A model generated the notes under the pieces. That model ran no database searches, was not told the origin of the DNA, and saw only the letters and a program-made list of their open reading frames with translations. The position numbers and the translations under genes are program-made. This document shows positions 15,182 through 26,770 of a stretch of DNA of 64,000 nt, in pieces. The stretch is from the NCBI RefSeq assembly GCF_009914755.1, contig NC_060932.1; one strand, written 5' to 3'. This stretch comes from the human T2T-CHM13v2.0 reference genome, Homo sapiens. Numbering within the stretch: the first letter of the stretch is position 1; every line of letters starts with the position of its first letter.

Positions 15182-15490
15182 GGCCAGGCATGGTGGCTCA
15201 TACCTGTAATCCCAGCACTTTGGGAGGTTGAGGAGGAAGGATCACTTGAGGCCGGGAGTTCAAGACCAGCCTGGGCAACATAGAGAAACCCTATCTCTAT
15301 ACAAAATAAAAATAAAAAATTGAACTAGGCTTGGTGGCATGTACCTGTAGTCCCAGCTACTTGGGAGGCCAAGGCAAGAGGATCACCTGAGTCCAGGAGT
15401 TTGAGGCTGTAGTAAGATATGATCACATCCCTGAACTCCAGCCTGAACAACAGAGCAAGCCCCTATCTCTAAAAAATAATAATAATTAAA
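15182..15490 (+). mobile_element. Alu (AluJ-like), sense
   Basis: GGCCAGGCATGGTGGCTCA... with A-rich tail. Confidence 0.93.
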
Positions 15491-15908
15491 ATTAAATTTC
15501 AGAATTAAAAAGTGGGTCTTAGTATTATGTTTCTAATTCTCTCTTCTTCCAAGTCACAGACACTTAAAAAATGTATGTGCCAAGGAGTTTGCAGAAGTAA
15601 TGGAAGTAACCTCTGATACTCCAGAAAATTCTGCAGGATAAGTAATAGTGACCTCATGCCCCAATGGAGGAAACTGAGGCCTACAGAGATTATCTTGTCC
15701 AGATCACACAACGGGTCCATGGCAGAGACTCAAGGCTGCCATGTTGCCACACTCACGTAATGGCCCAGTTGTATGGCTTACCAGCCCTGAAGAAAGTGGT
15801 TTAAATCCAGGTTTGAATGAGTTAAATGTACGCGCCTTCTCCCTGACATCATACGGCCTTTCTGACTAATGGTCCCCTTTCCACACTCTCTCAAATCAGG
15901 AACAGAAC

Positions 15909-16223
15909 CTTTTTTTTTTTTTCTTGAGGTGAAGTTTCGCTCTTTTCCCCCAGTCTGGAGTGCAATGGTGCAATCTCAGCTCGGTGCAATCTCGGCTCAC
16001 TGCAAGCTCCGTCTCCCGGGTTCAAGGGATTCTTTTGTCTCAGCCTCCCGAGTAGCTGGGATTACAGGCACGCGCCACCACACCCAACTAATTTTTGTAT
16101 TTTTAGTAGAGAAGGGGTTTCACCATGTTGATCAGGCTGATCTCAAACTCCTGATTTCAAGTGATCTGCCCACCTCAGCCTCCCAAAATGCTAGGATTAC
16201 AGTCGTGAGCCACTGCACCCAGC
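15909..16223 (-). mobile_element. Alu (AluS-like), antisense
   Basis: TSD caggaacagaac at 15897-15908 and 16224-16235. Confidence 0.94.
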
Positions 16224-17019
16224 CAGGAACAGAACTTTCAGTCCTCAAGACCATGCATTTTATGTTTGGGACTCTCAGCATCCCCTCTGGTGTCTGCCTC
16301 CCCAAGAGGCTAAGCTGTTTACTGAACACAACATGTGTAACATTACCCTACAATGTCTTCAAAGGCAAGAGTTAAGTTTTCCTGTGATATTTATTCCTGT
16401 AACCCTAGCATCTCCCCTGTGCCAGGGGCACAGTACTAGGTGCAGTTACAACCTGGTGCATCTGGAGGGGACGTAAATGCTGCTTCAGTTCCCCCTCCTG
16501 CAGGCAGGTCAATGTCTTGCCATTCAGGAAGAGCATAATTTATTTTCTTCCTGAAGATCTTAAGAACTCAGAGATTGTCCATCCTCCTGTAGTACCCTTT
16601 GCAGATTTTGGCCAAGAAGTTCTTACAGACAATCAGAACTTTTCCTGTTTTAATTTGAGCCCATTTCTTGTGTTTGTTATTCTTTGACTTTGATTGTGGC
16701 AGATTTGGGGGCCAGGAGGCAAACCGAAGCCCAGGATGGCTCAGAGCCAGGGTTTTCACTGGTGCCACGGGATGTAGTCTCCTCTGACTCTGCTCCGACG
16801 GTCTGGGGCAGACCAGGAAGCAGGGAGGACAGAATGCCAGGGCTTGGAGAGCCAGGAAGGTCTGGAGAAAGGGGCAGAGTTTTTGGCTCATGAGTTGAGC
16901 ATCAGAGGATTTTGTGATCATTAAAGGCCAGAGATAGGCTATTGACGAGTAGTTCAAATAATCAGACAATATTTAGAGGCGTGAACAAGTTCTATCATCA
17001 AGAAGAAGAGCTGGAGTCA

Positions 17020-17170
17020 GCAGATTGTTCTCATCTCTTCCCAACTCAGCATTCAGTGGTGATGTGCATTGGTACCTGAAGGTCAGTCATGGTGGGAATT
17101 TTTACACTACGGAAATTGGCAAGTTCTACAAAGCGAGCTTTTTTTTTTTTTTTTTCTGGAGCACTACTGA
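17020..17170 (+). mobile_element. MER63-like hAT DNA transposon fragment
   Basis: GATTGT...ATCTCTTCCCAACTC...TTTACACTACGGAAATTGGCAA. Confidence 0.6.
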
Positions 17171-18489
17171 CAGGAGGAGCAAGATACAGGGAATACAGGT
17201 CATCAGACAAGATTTTGGAAAAAAGGCAAGTGAAAATAGTCATGATGATAGAGCCTTTCACTGGTGTCCCACTTTATTGCTTACGAGGAACTCTCACTTA
17301 TGTTTTCTCACTTCATCTTCACCACCCTTCTATGAGGAAAACAGGGTAGGCAGCATTACCCTACTTTATAGGGGAGGAAAATGAGGCTGGGATAGGTAAA
17401 GTTACTTGCACAAGATTTTAGAGCCAGTCAGAAAATGAGCTGGGAGCAGAACACAGGCAGGGTGAGCGCAAGGGAAGATGGCATGGAATTGAGAGCTATG
17501 TTCTCTCAAGAACCTGAAGAGGGGTGGCAGATGCCTTCCTTTCATGGAACCGTTCATTTACTTTGCTTCAAAGAGTTCTGAGTGTTCATTACAGATCTGT
17601 GTCTACAGCTCAGAGTTTTGGGTGCACTTGAGGAAGTTGCCATGTGTCAATAGAGACATGGGCACCACCTTCCTGGGCCTGAGGCTTTTGATCAAACCTA
17701 TATTCTAGTGTTGAGTCCGTCTAGGACCTCTCAAGACAAAGTCCTGGCACAAGAAGGGTGATTATCTCTAAGCCAGGAGAGGTTCTGGATTCTTCACTGA
17801 CTGGGAATATTCGATGCTAATTGTCATCTTTATCTTTCGTGGAGTTTGTGCCGCCCTTAGGGGATTTCACCTTCTTCCAAGGCAGCTGGGGAAGTGGGAG
17901 AAACTGTGGGTTTTGATTAAAACCTGGTTTGGGATCTAAGTTTGCTACTTAGCAGGCATGAATCCTTGACCAAATGGCTTAGACCTTTTTGAGTGTGTCA
18001 CCATCTGTAAAATGGCCATCTTCACTCCTGCCCACCTCCCAGGATTGGGCAGCAGATTGTTGTGCAAAGAACTTGTGTTTCTGTATAGATTTTTAAATTG
18101 TAATTACTTTTGGAATGAGCATCCACAGCAGACGTTTCTGCTGCAAAGGGCTAAAGGGAGAACTGAGGAACTTGCATCAGGCTGAAGGTAGAGGTAGATT
18201 CTGGGTGACAGAAATGACTGCTGAAATATTTCTCCTTGAGCTATATTGGTGACTGCAGTTAGTGGCTCTTGAATCAGGGGCCAAGGGAGAGTGAGGAAGA
18301 TAAGACACCAGAGTCCTCCAAGCACGCTGATGATGTGTCTGGGTGGGCTGCATTGGGTCTGACGTACAGTGTGAATCTTTCTCTTTGGTCAGGACCGATA
18401 TGGGAGTTGGCTCCTGAGTGGGCTAGACCCTGCCCAGCCAGGCTGCGGAATGGGAGGACAACTATCAGGGTGTGGTTTCTCATTGCTAC

Positions 18490-18690
18490 ATTTTTTTCTT
18501 AATAGACTATTTTTAGAGAAGTTTTTGTTTCACAGCAAAATTGAGCCGAAAGTGCAGAGTGTTCCCACATGCACCCTGCCCTGACACAAGCACCGCTTCC
18601 CCCACTATCAACATCCCTCACCCCCCAGAGTGGCGCATTTGTCACAGTCCATGAACCTGCGTGGACACATCATGATCGCCAAAGATGTCC
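18490..18690 (-). mobile_element. L1MB-type 3' end fragment
   Basis: AATAGACT...CAGCAAAATTGAGC.GAA...CCCCCACTATCAACATCC. Confidence 0.7.
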
Positions 18691-18778
18691 AGGGGCCTCA
18701 GGGCCATAGGCTCACTAGATACAGTATATCCTGAAGCTGGGACCTGCTGTATGTGTGTTGCCTCCATAGCTGCATATA

Positions 18779-20235
18779 CAGTCACCTGTCACTTAAGGGT
18801 AAGGCTGCATTCTCAGAAATGCATCATTAGGCAGTTGTGTGAACATCAGAGTACTTACAGAAACCCAGATGCTACAGTCTACTACACACCTGGACTATTG
18901 CTCCTACAGACCTGTACAGCAGATTACTGTACTGAATACTGCAGGTAATTATAACACAATTGAGGGTATAAATACCCTAGATCCCTCACTCTCTGGGTTG
19001 GGTACATTCTGTCCTGGTTCCTAGAGTTTCCAGCAGGATTAAATGGCAGTTGCCCAAGTGATCACTTACTTGATCACTCTTTTTGACTGTTTTCCCTTCC
19101 CTATCATCATTTCTCTGGTTTACTTACACAAACCTAGATGGTACAGCCTAGACTATATGGTATAGCACATGGCTCCTACAACCCTATACAGCAAGTTACT
19201 GTACTGAATGCTGTAGGCAATTGTAACACAATGGTAGGTATTTGTGTATCTAAACATAGGAAAGGTACAGTAAAAATACAGTGTAAAAGATAAAAAATGG
19301 TGCACCGGTCTAGGGCACTTACAGTGAATGGAGCTTGCAGAACCGAAAGTTGCTCTCGGAATCTGCGAGTGAGTGTGAGTGAATGTGATGGCACAGGACA
19401 TTACTATGCACTACTGTAGACTTTATAAACACGGTGTACTTAGGCTACACTAAATTTATTTTTTAAAACTGTATTTCTTTAGTAATAGATTAACCTTAGC
19501 TTACTGTAATGTTTTTACTTTATAAACTTTTTTTAAAGCTTGTTGATGCTTTTGTATAATACTTAGCTTAAAACACATGTGCATTGTACAACTGTACAAA
19601 AATATTTTCTTTCTTTATACCCTTATTCTATAAGCTTTCCATTTCTAAAGATTTTTATTTTTTATTTTTTTTACTTTTTAAACGTTTTTATTAAAAACAA
19701 AGACACAAACACACACATTAGCATAACCCTACACAAGATCAGGACCATCAGTATCACTGTCTTCCGCCTCCACATCTCGTCCCACTGGAAGCTCTTCAGG
19801 GGCAGTAACAGACATGGAGCTGTCATCGCGTATGAGAGTAATGTCTTCTTCTGGATACCTCCTGAAGGACCTGGCTGAGGCTGTTTTACAGTTAACTTTT
19901 TTTTTTATAAGTAGAAGGAGTATACTCTAAAATAATGATAAAAACTATAGTAGAGGAAGTACATAAACCAGTCACATAATCTTTATTATCATTATCAAGT
20001 GTTATGTACCACCCGTAATTGTATGTGCTAGACTTCTCTATTCCTGGCAGTGTGGCGCGTTTGTTTATACCAGTGTCACCACGAACACATGAGTCATGCG
20101 TTGTGCTCTGACCTTGCCACTGTTATGATGTCACTAGGTGAGAGGAATTTTTCAGCTCCATTCCACTCTTTGGGGACCACCATCTTATATGCAGTCCACC
20201 ATTGCCTGAAACATGATTAAATATGCCATATTGTG
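18779..20235. mobile_element. Tigger3 (Tigger3b-like) TcMar DNA transposon with an internal rearrangement
   Basis: TA|CAGTCA terminus; characteristic TACTTACACAAACCTAGATGG and GTTACTGTACTGAATACTGTAGGCAATTGTAACACAATGG-like blocks; other terminus near 20200-20235. Confidence 0.82.
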
Positions 20236-20329
20236 CTGTGTGAGTATATTTGCCTGTTGTCTCTCTGACTAGAGTGTGTGCTCTTTAGGGAAAGGCATGC
20301 TTTTCTCATCTTCATACCCTGTAGCAGGG

Positions 20330-20715
20330 CTGCCACTGTTCCCTCCTGTGTCCCCTGGGCCCTGCCATTTCAGTACAATCCTCTCTTCTACCCACCTGCT
20401 GCCAGCTCTGCACCTCTGTGCCTGAGGACTTTCTCAGCTCTCCCTTGTGCAGAACTGGCTGGATATGCTGGAACAATGACTGTAAGAGTGGTGTATAAAT
20501 ACCCCAGATCCCTCCCTCTCTGGGTGGGGTCCATTCTTTCCTGGCTCCTAGAGTTCCCAGTAGGATTAAACTGTGGTTGTGCAAGCGATAACTCACTTGA
20601 TCACTCTTATTAGCTGTTTTCCCCTCCCTGTCATCATTTCTCTGATGTTTCCTGGGGTTACCTCTCAAACGACTTCCCCCTGGATTCCTTGTTGAAGGTC
20701 AGGGGATCCGGGTTA
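20330..20715 (+). mobile_element. LTR16-like (ERVL) LTR remnant
   Basis: TATAAATACCCCAG.TCCCTC...GGGTGGG...AGAGTTCCCAG..GGATTAA...TTTCCTGGG.T.ACCTC pattern. Confidence 0.6.
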
Positions 20716-22376
20716 CATCTTCACTACATAGCAGAGTATTGACACACAGGACATGTCCAGCAGATGTTTGTTGGAAAATGGTATGGATACCTCTAGAATA
20801 GACAGATACTTCCAGAATATATATATATCTTTTAGATAAGAATATATATATCTTAAAGCAGATTGCATATTCTTCTCTCCATAGGTCTCATGCCACATTT
20901 TGCTGCCCTTGTGGACTCTGAGCTTGGTGCTGCCTGTTGTCTGCCTGCCCCTGACCTGAAGGACATGCCCAGCTCCTTCTCTCATCCTTGCCTCTCTTTT
21001 GCATCTTCGTAATACATATTCACTTTTTAAAAAAGGAATGGCTCTTTGAAGCTAATGGCTATCTAAATCTTTCTTTTCTATTGTCCAGCACAGTGTGAAT
21101 AAATACATACAGGCTATGATTCCACTTTTCAAATGTGTGACTCCATGTTCGTGTTTTAACATTGTCAACTCCATCATTTTGCCCCCAACTCCTGGTCAAG
21201 GAATTTCCCTCCCTCTAAAATCACAGTCTCTTCTTAGAAAGGGGATATTTTTCTTTAAGAAGAGGTTTCAGGATAAGAGCTAAGCTCGTTCTAGAACAGT
21301 GGTTTCCAACCCAGGCCAAACGTTAGAAAAGTCCTGGGAAACGAATATGTCAATGCTCAGCCCAGACCAATTTGACAGCAGTGTCTGAGGTTAGGGCTTG
21401 GTTTAGGGTTTCTGAAAGCTTCCCGAGTGATTATGTGGAGCTAAGGCCGATGCCACCCATCTAGAGCTAGAATATCCACTTCTTCCTTTGGGCATTCCCT
21501 GCTTTAGATCAGTGGGAGATAAACCCTACTCTACTGAGTTGTATTGGACCTAGAGGCCAGGACCAATGTTGCTGATTCAAGGTGAACTACAGATTCCTAG
21601 GATTCTTATCATCTACATCTGTGTCAACCCAGGCTGTCTGCAGAACTGGGCTGGGTTTTCTAGAGTCCCAGCTCAGCTCCTTCCCATGTGCAGCATGCCC
21701 TTCCCTGCGGGGCTGCTGGGCAGAGCGCTGTTCCTCTTGAATCCTCCTGCATGTGATCAGTGATGTCTATGTGATGAGCTCCTGTCAGACGGAAGCCTCC
21801 CACCCTGAAAGTTTTTGTTGGCAGCTGAGGATGGGGGTGGACAGCATCAGTTGACAGCCTGGCCCTCCACCTGGGCCCTTTCCTGCCTTCTCCATTCCCA
21901 TTCCCTCGGGGCCACTTCTTCTCCAATCTGTTTCTTCTCAGATTTTCTGCCTTGTCCCTGTTCCTCTCCTGCTATTTTCTACTGTCTCACTCTTTGCTTT
22001 TTCTGCTCAGCTGTGCCTTGGAACCAAGCTGTGACCGCCTTCTCTCACAGCTGCCTTTGCTAAGGGTGGGCCCCTTGCCTGGGTGCCAGGGTGGAGGGAG
22101 GAATGGGTCAGAGAGAGGGGCTTCCAGGAGACAGAGCTCATACCCCTGGGAGCCCCAAGTCTGGGTTTCATACCTGGATGCTTCTGCAACTTGCCCCTTT
22201 CTGCTGCATCTTTCCCAGTCAAGAGAGCCAGGTGCCTTGCAGGGGAGCTTTTGGGAATGGGAGAATATATAGCATTTGTGTCTGTCTTGGAGCTCGGTGG
22301 GTGCTGTCCCTGGGACCATGAGGTATGTGGGCCTGTGTGGGGCTCTTTCAGGGCTGACCCTCTGCTGTCTCTGCAG

Positions 22377-22413
22377 GACTGCAATGTGCCGGTCTTAGCT
22401 GCTGCCTGAGAGG
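22377..22413 (+). other. PTK2B: 5' UTR part of the ATG-containing exon
   Basis: Polypyrimidine tract plus ctgcag acceptor ending at 22376; main ATG at 22414 (aggATGt). Confidence 0.85.
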
Positions 22414-22617
22414 ATGTCTGGGGTGTCCGAGCCCCTGAGCCGAGTAAAGTTGGGCACATTACGCCGGCCTGAAGGCCCTGCAGAGCCCATGGTGGTGGTA
22501 CCAGTAGATGTGGAAAAGGAGGACGTGCGTATCCTCAAGGTCTGCTTCTATAGCAACAGCTTCAATCCTGGGAAGAACTTCAAACTGGTCAAATGCACTG
22601 TCCAGACGGAGATCCGG
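22414..22617 (+). CDS. PTK2B: PTK2B coding exon 1 (aa 1-68, N-terminus/start of FERM)
   Basis: MSGVSEP...QTEIR, 204 nt, donor CGG|gtaagt. Confidence 0.97.
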
Positions 22618-25600
22618 GTAAGTGTGAAGTGTCTGCTCTGTCCATCTGTCTGTCCCTCTGTCTTCTTCCTGGGCAGCTGAGCAGCTCTCCCATATCCACC
22701 CCTGGGTGGAAGAGGTGAGGTGGCATCAGAGAGATGTGCTCAGCCTGCATCACCAGGCCTGCTCTCCAGATGTTCCCATACTACTTCTCTAGGAGCCTGG
22801 GAAACACATGTTGTAGCCTTTGCTTGAACCCCAGATAATTTGTTTGGCCTCTGATTCAATTCATTTCAACTTATTAAGTATTTATGATACTTGAAGCTCT
22901 GCAAGGGACTTAAAAGCTGCTGTCCTCGAAGAGTTTACACTCTGATGAAATAGGAATTAGAGATACACAAGTGATTGCATTAAAAATAGAACAAAACTGG
23001 TATAAGCCTTGTGTGCTGAGCATGTACAGGAAGGCACTGGTGGGGCACTTAGAGGATGACAATGAAGTAGAGGTGCTTTGAGCCAGGTGGAGGGTTAACA
23101 GGTGCCCTGCCTGGCAACACGTCCTTTTGCTCACTCCTACCCAGAATCACAACATCTGTTTTGCAGGTCCAGGTACCCACCTTCATCAGGGCACCTGGAC
23201 ACCAGGATGCCAGTTCACCTTAACCAAATGTATATGAGATTGTCATCATAAGCAGAGCTCCAACATGCTGAACTAATTTCAGTCATCTACATTTATTGAA
23301 CAATTACTGTGTGGAGCCTGGGCCAATCCCTCTACACACATTATTCCATTAAATCTTCCCAGCATCCCCATGAGTAGATACACTGAGGACATACCTTTCC
23401 TCTGCCCAGAGCACCCCTTTCTGATGATGGGAGGGAAATCCAGATTGGTTCTCAGGTTGCTTAGTGGGTAATTTGAACAAAGGAAGCAGGAACTTTTGGG
23501 AAAGCTAATCAGGTCTGAGGACATGGGATGAGCCATCTCCAGCTCATAGCCAACCCTTCCCATGTCCTGAAAGCCAGTGTCCCTAAACTCCATGAATGTT
23601 TCCTTTGGTTAGTACTGCTGTGCCCTGGCCACATCATCCTGGCTGCCTTCCATCTGCTATAGCACACGCTGTGCTTCCACACACCAGAGCAGAGTGTAAT
23701 TGATTATGTCACTGTCATGGCCAGTTATCACCATTGATTACAGTTTGATTGGCTCTCTCTGTTTCCTGTAACTGATTTGATTAGGGCCTTGTTTGCTCAT
23801 CTTTCTGATATAAAGGCACAATTGTGTCCTGAGAGTAAGCCCTGGTCATCTTCCTCCAGGAGGATGTTTTCCTCTCTCTTTATCCACTTCATGAGTCTTC
23901 CTTTGGGTATATCATTTTTGCAAAGAGCTGATGCCATCCACTGTGAATTTTACTAGTTTAATTTTCAGAAGTTAACCTGATTTCCAAGTTTAGGGAGGAG
24001 CACCTCATTGTTCTTTTGTGCTGAAAAACAGAGAGCAGCAGGTTAGTTCATATTAGGACATGTTCCATAGAGTCAGCAGTGAAAAGGGTCCTGAAAAAGA
24101 GGTAGGATTTAAAGCAGTGACACTGGGGACAGGAAGAGGCTTTCCAAGAGTGGGGAACAGCATGTCAAAAGGCAGGGAGGCCTCTGAACAGTAAGTAGTT
24201 CAGTTTGACTAGAGTATGGATTATATTTAGAAAAGTATCTAAAATCAAGATCAAAAAGGAAAGTTGACAGCAGAGAATGAAGGGCCTAGAATATCAGGCA
24301 GAGAAATTTGGAAATGGACAGGCACTAGGGAACAACACGTATTTTTAAGCAGGGGCAAGATATTCCTGGAGTTGTATGATATACCCTGCTGGGTGTTTAA
24401 GGGATGAAAGTAACACAACAGGCCTATGGAGAAGGCAATGAGACCCAGGCTTAAGAAGAATGGCTTTGAGGCATTATCTGGGGTCGGTGGGGAACAGAGG
24501 TGGAGAACAGAAGTGACTGACTTCCAGGAATATGTCCAAGCCTTCTGATTTTTCCTGCTTCCAATGTCTCCTGCAGGCAAAATGCCACCTGCTTATTGCA
24601 AATAGCTGAGGGTTTAAAGCCACTTAGACTTCTAGCCAAGTCCTGCTCCATCCTTACTGGTTGTGTGGCCTGGGACCTAATGATTAACTGATCTGGGCTT
24701 CAGTCTCTTCACCCGGGGATCATGCTGTAAGGATTGGAGATGGTGGAGGAGAAGCACAAAGCACACAGCAGTGCCCATAACTGGAGGCTATTGACTGTGT
24801 GGGTATTAGGTTATTACCCAGCTCAGGAATCTCCAAGGGCCTCTAATTGCCCAGAGAATAAAGTGCAAATTGTCTTCTTTTGGTGTCTATCCAGGTATCT
24901 GTCTTATTTTCAAATAAAGAAGTAATATGATCAGATTTGTGTTCTAAAACAACAACATGGTGTTCTGCAAGATGTTAAGAAGTGTGCCCTCGGGAAGGGA
25001 ATGTGTGGTCAAAAAGATTGGGAAATGTTTGGTTAAACAATTCTGAACAGATTCTTTTGCAATAAGACTTCTCAGAACCGTAAATAGGCTGATATGCCTG
25101 GTAAATCACTAAGAAGGGCCACAGAGGTGATATTTTCTTAAATAAACAATTTCTTATTTGCCTAAAAAACCCTCCTTTTAAACCACTAGATCTCTGGCCA
25201 ATCATTTAGGGAACTTTTTCCCCTAAACTCTGACAGCAGAGAAAAAAGGATTGAATTAAAAAAAAAAAAAAAAACCTGGCCAATGGGAGATGGGTTAGGA
25301 GGCTGTGGTCATACTGCAAAAGGAAAATGATGAGGACCTGGACTAAGAGAATGGTGTTGGGAATAGAGATAAATCAACATAATTGAGTACATCTAAGGAG
25401 ACAGAGTCAATAGAATTTGATGATTAACTAGATATAGGGAGGGAAAGAAAGGAAGGAGAAAAGGATGACTCAAGCTTTTGCTTGGGCAACTAAATGGGTG
25501 TTGGTACTATTCATTGAGATCCAGACAGAGAAAGGGAGGGCGTTCTGAGATTTCAGCTTTACATGTGTTGTGTTTAAAGTGTTTATGAAACACCCCCACG

Positions 25601-25737
25601 GAGGAACGTGGGTCTGGAGCTCAGGAGGGAGAAAGAATCTAGAGACAAGATTCGGGTGTCATTATGCAATGGATGCCATGCAAATGGGTAGGCTTACCCA
25701 CAAGGAATGAGTAGAACAGAAGAAAAACAGATCCAGC

Positions 25738-25970
<233 letters not shown>

Positions 25971-26687
25971 GAGATCCAAGTGGGAAACCTGGGGAAATCG
26001 ACTTCTAAAAGGCTGATACAGAAAGAGCAGCCAATGAAGGAAAAACAAGAATCAGTCAAGAGAACCAGGAGAACAAGAGCAAGAGAACCAGGAGAACAGA
26101 ATCTGAGGAGCCCAAGGCAGAGGGGGCTTTAAGGAAATAGTGGCTGGTAGTGTCAGATGCTCAGAAAGGATCCCAGATAAGGTTAGAAATAAGTGCATGG
26201 CTTTAGCAGCAGGTGCCAGGAATCATCTTTGTTTGGGCAATTTTAGTGGCAAGATGGGGGCAGAACACATTGTGCAATGAATTATAGTGGAGACAGTGAG
26301 TATAAGTAACATTTAAGAGAGGTTTTGACCAAGAAGGAAAAGAAAGAAGGGAAAGCTAAAGGAACAGTGTTCACTGCGGAGGGAACAGCATGTGTAAAAG
26401 TCCTGAAGTGGGAAGGCACATAGCGGGTTTGAGACTAAGAATTGCTTAAGTTTGGCTATTTAAACCATGTTAACCATTTTGGTTTTCATTCCATCTCTTA
26501 TGGGAAGCCACTGATATAATTTAAACCTATGAGTGACATGAGATTGTGCTTTTTAAAGATCACTTGGGTTACATAATGGAAAATGCATTGGAGGAAGGCA
26601 GGAATGGATGTGGGGAAATGTTATGTGGCTATTACATTGAATCAAATGAGAGATGACAGTAGCTTAAATTAAGATTATAGCCATGGG

Positions 26688-26770
26688 GATAGTGATGGTG
26701 ATGGTGATGATGATGGTGATGGTGACAGTAGTGGTGATGGTAGTGATGATGATGGCAGTAGTGGTGATTG
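26688..26770. repeat. (GAT/GGT)n degenerate trinucleotide repeat
   Basis: gatggtgatggtgatgatgatgg... Confidence 0.9.

Noticed and set aside
13434-17170. Similar segments at ~13480-13575 and ~17035-17132
   Set aside because: Both match a MER63-like dispersed transposon and are substantially diverged; independent insertions rather than a local duplication
22320-22376. Donor-like GAG|GTATGT at 22323 just upstream of the ATG exon
   Set aside because: Would define only a 54-nt intron, below the usual human minimum; no supporting upstream exon identified
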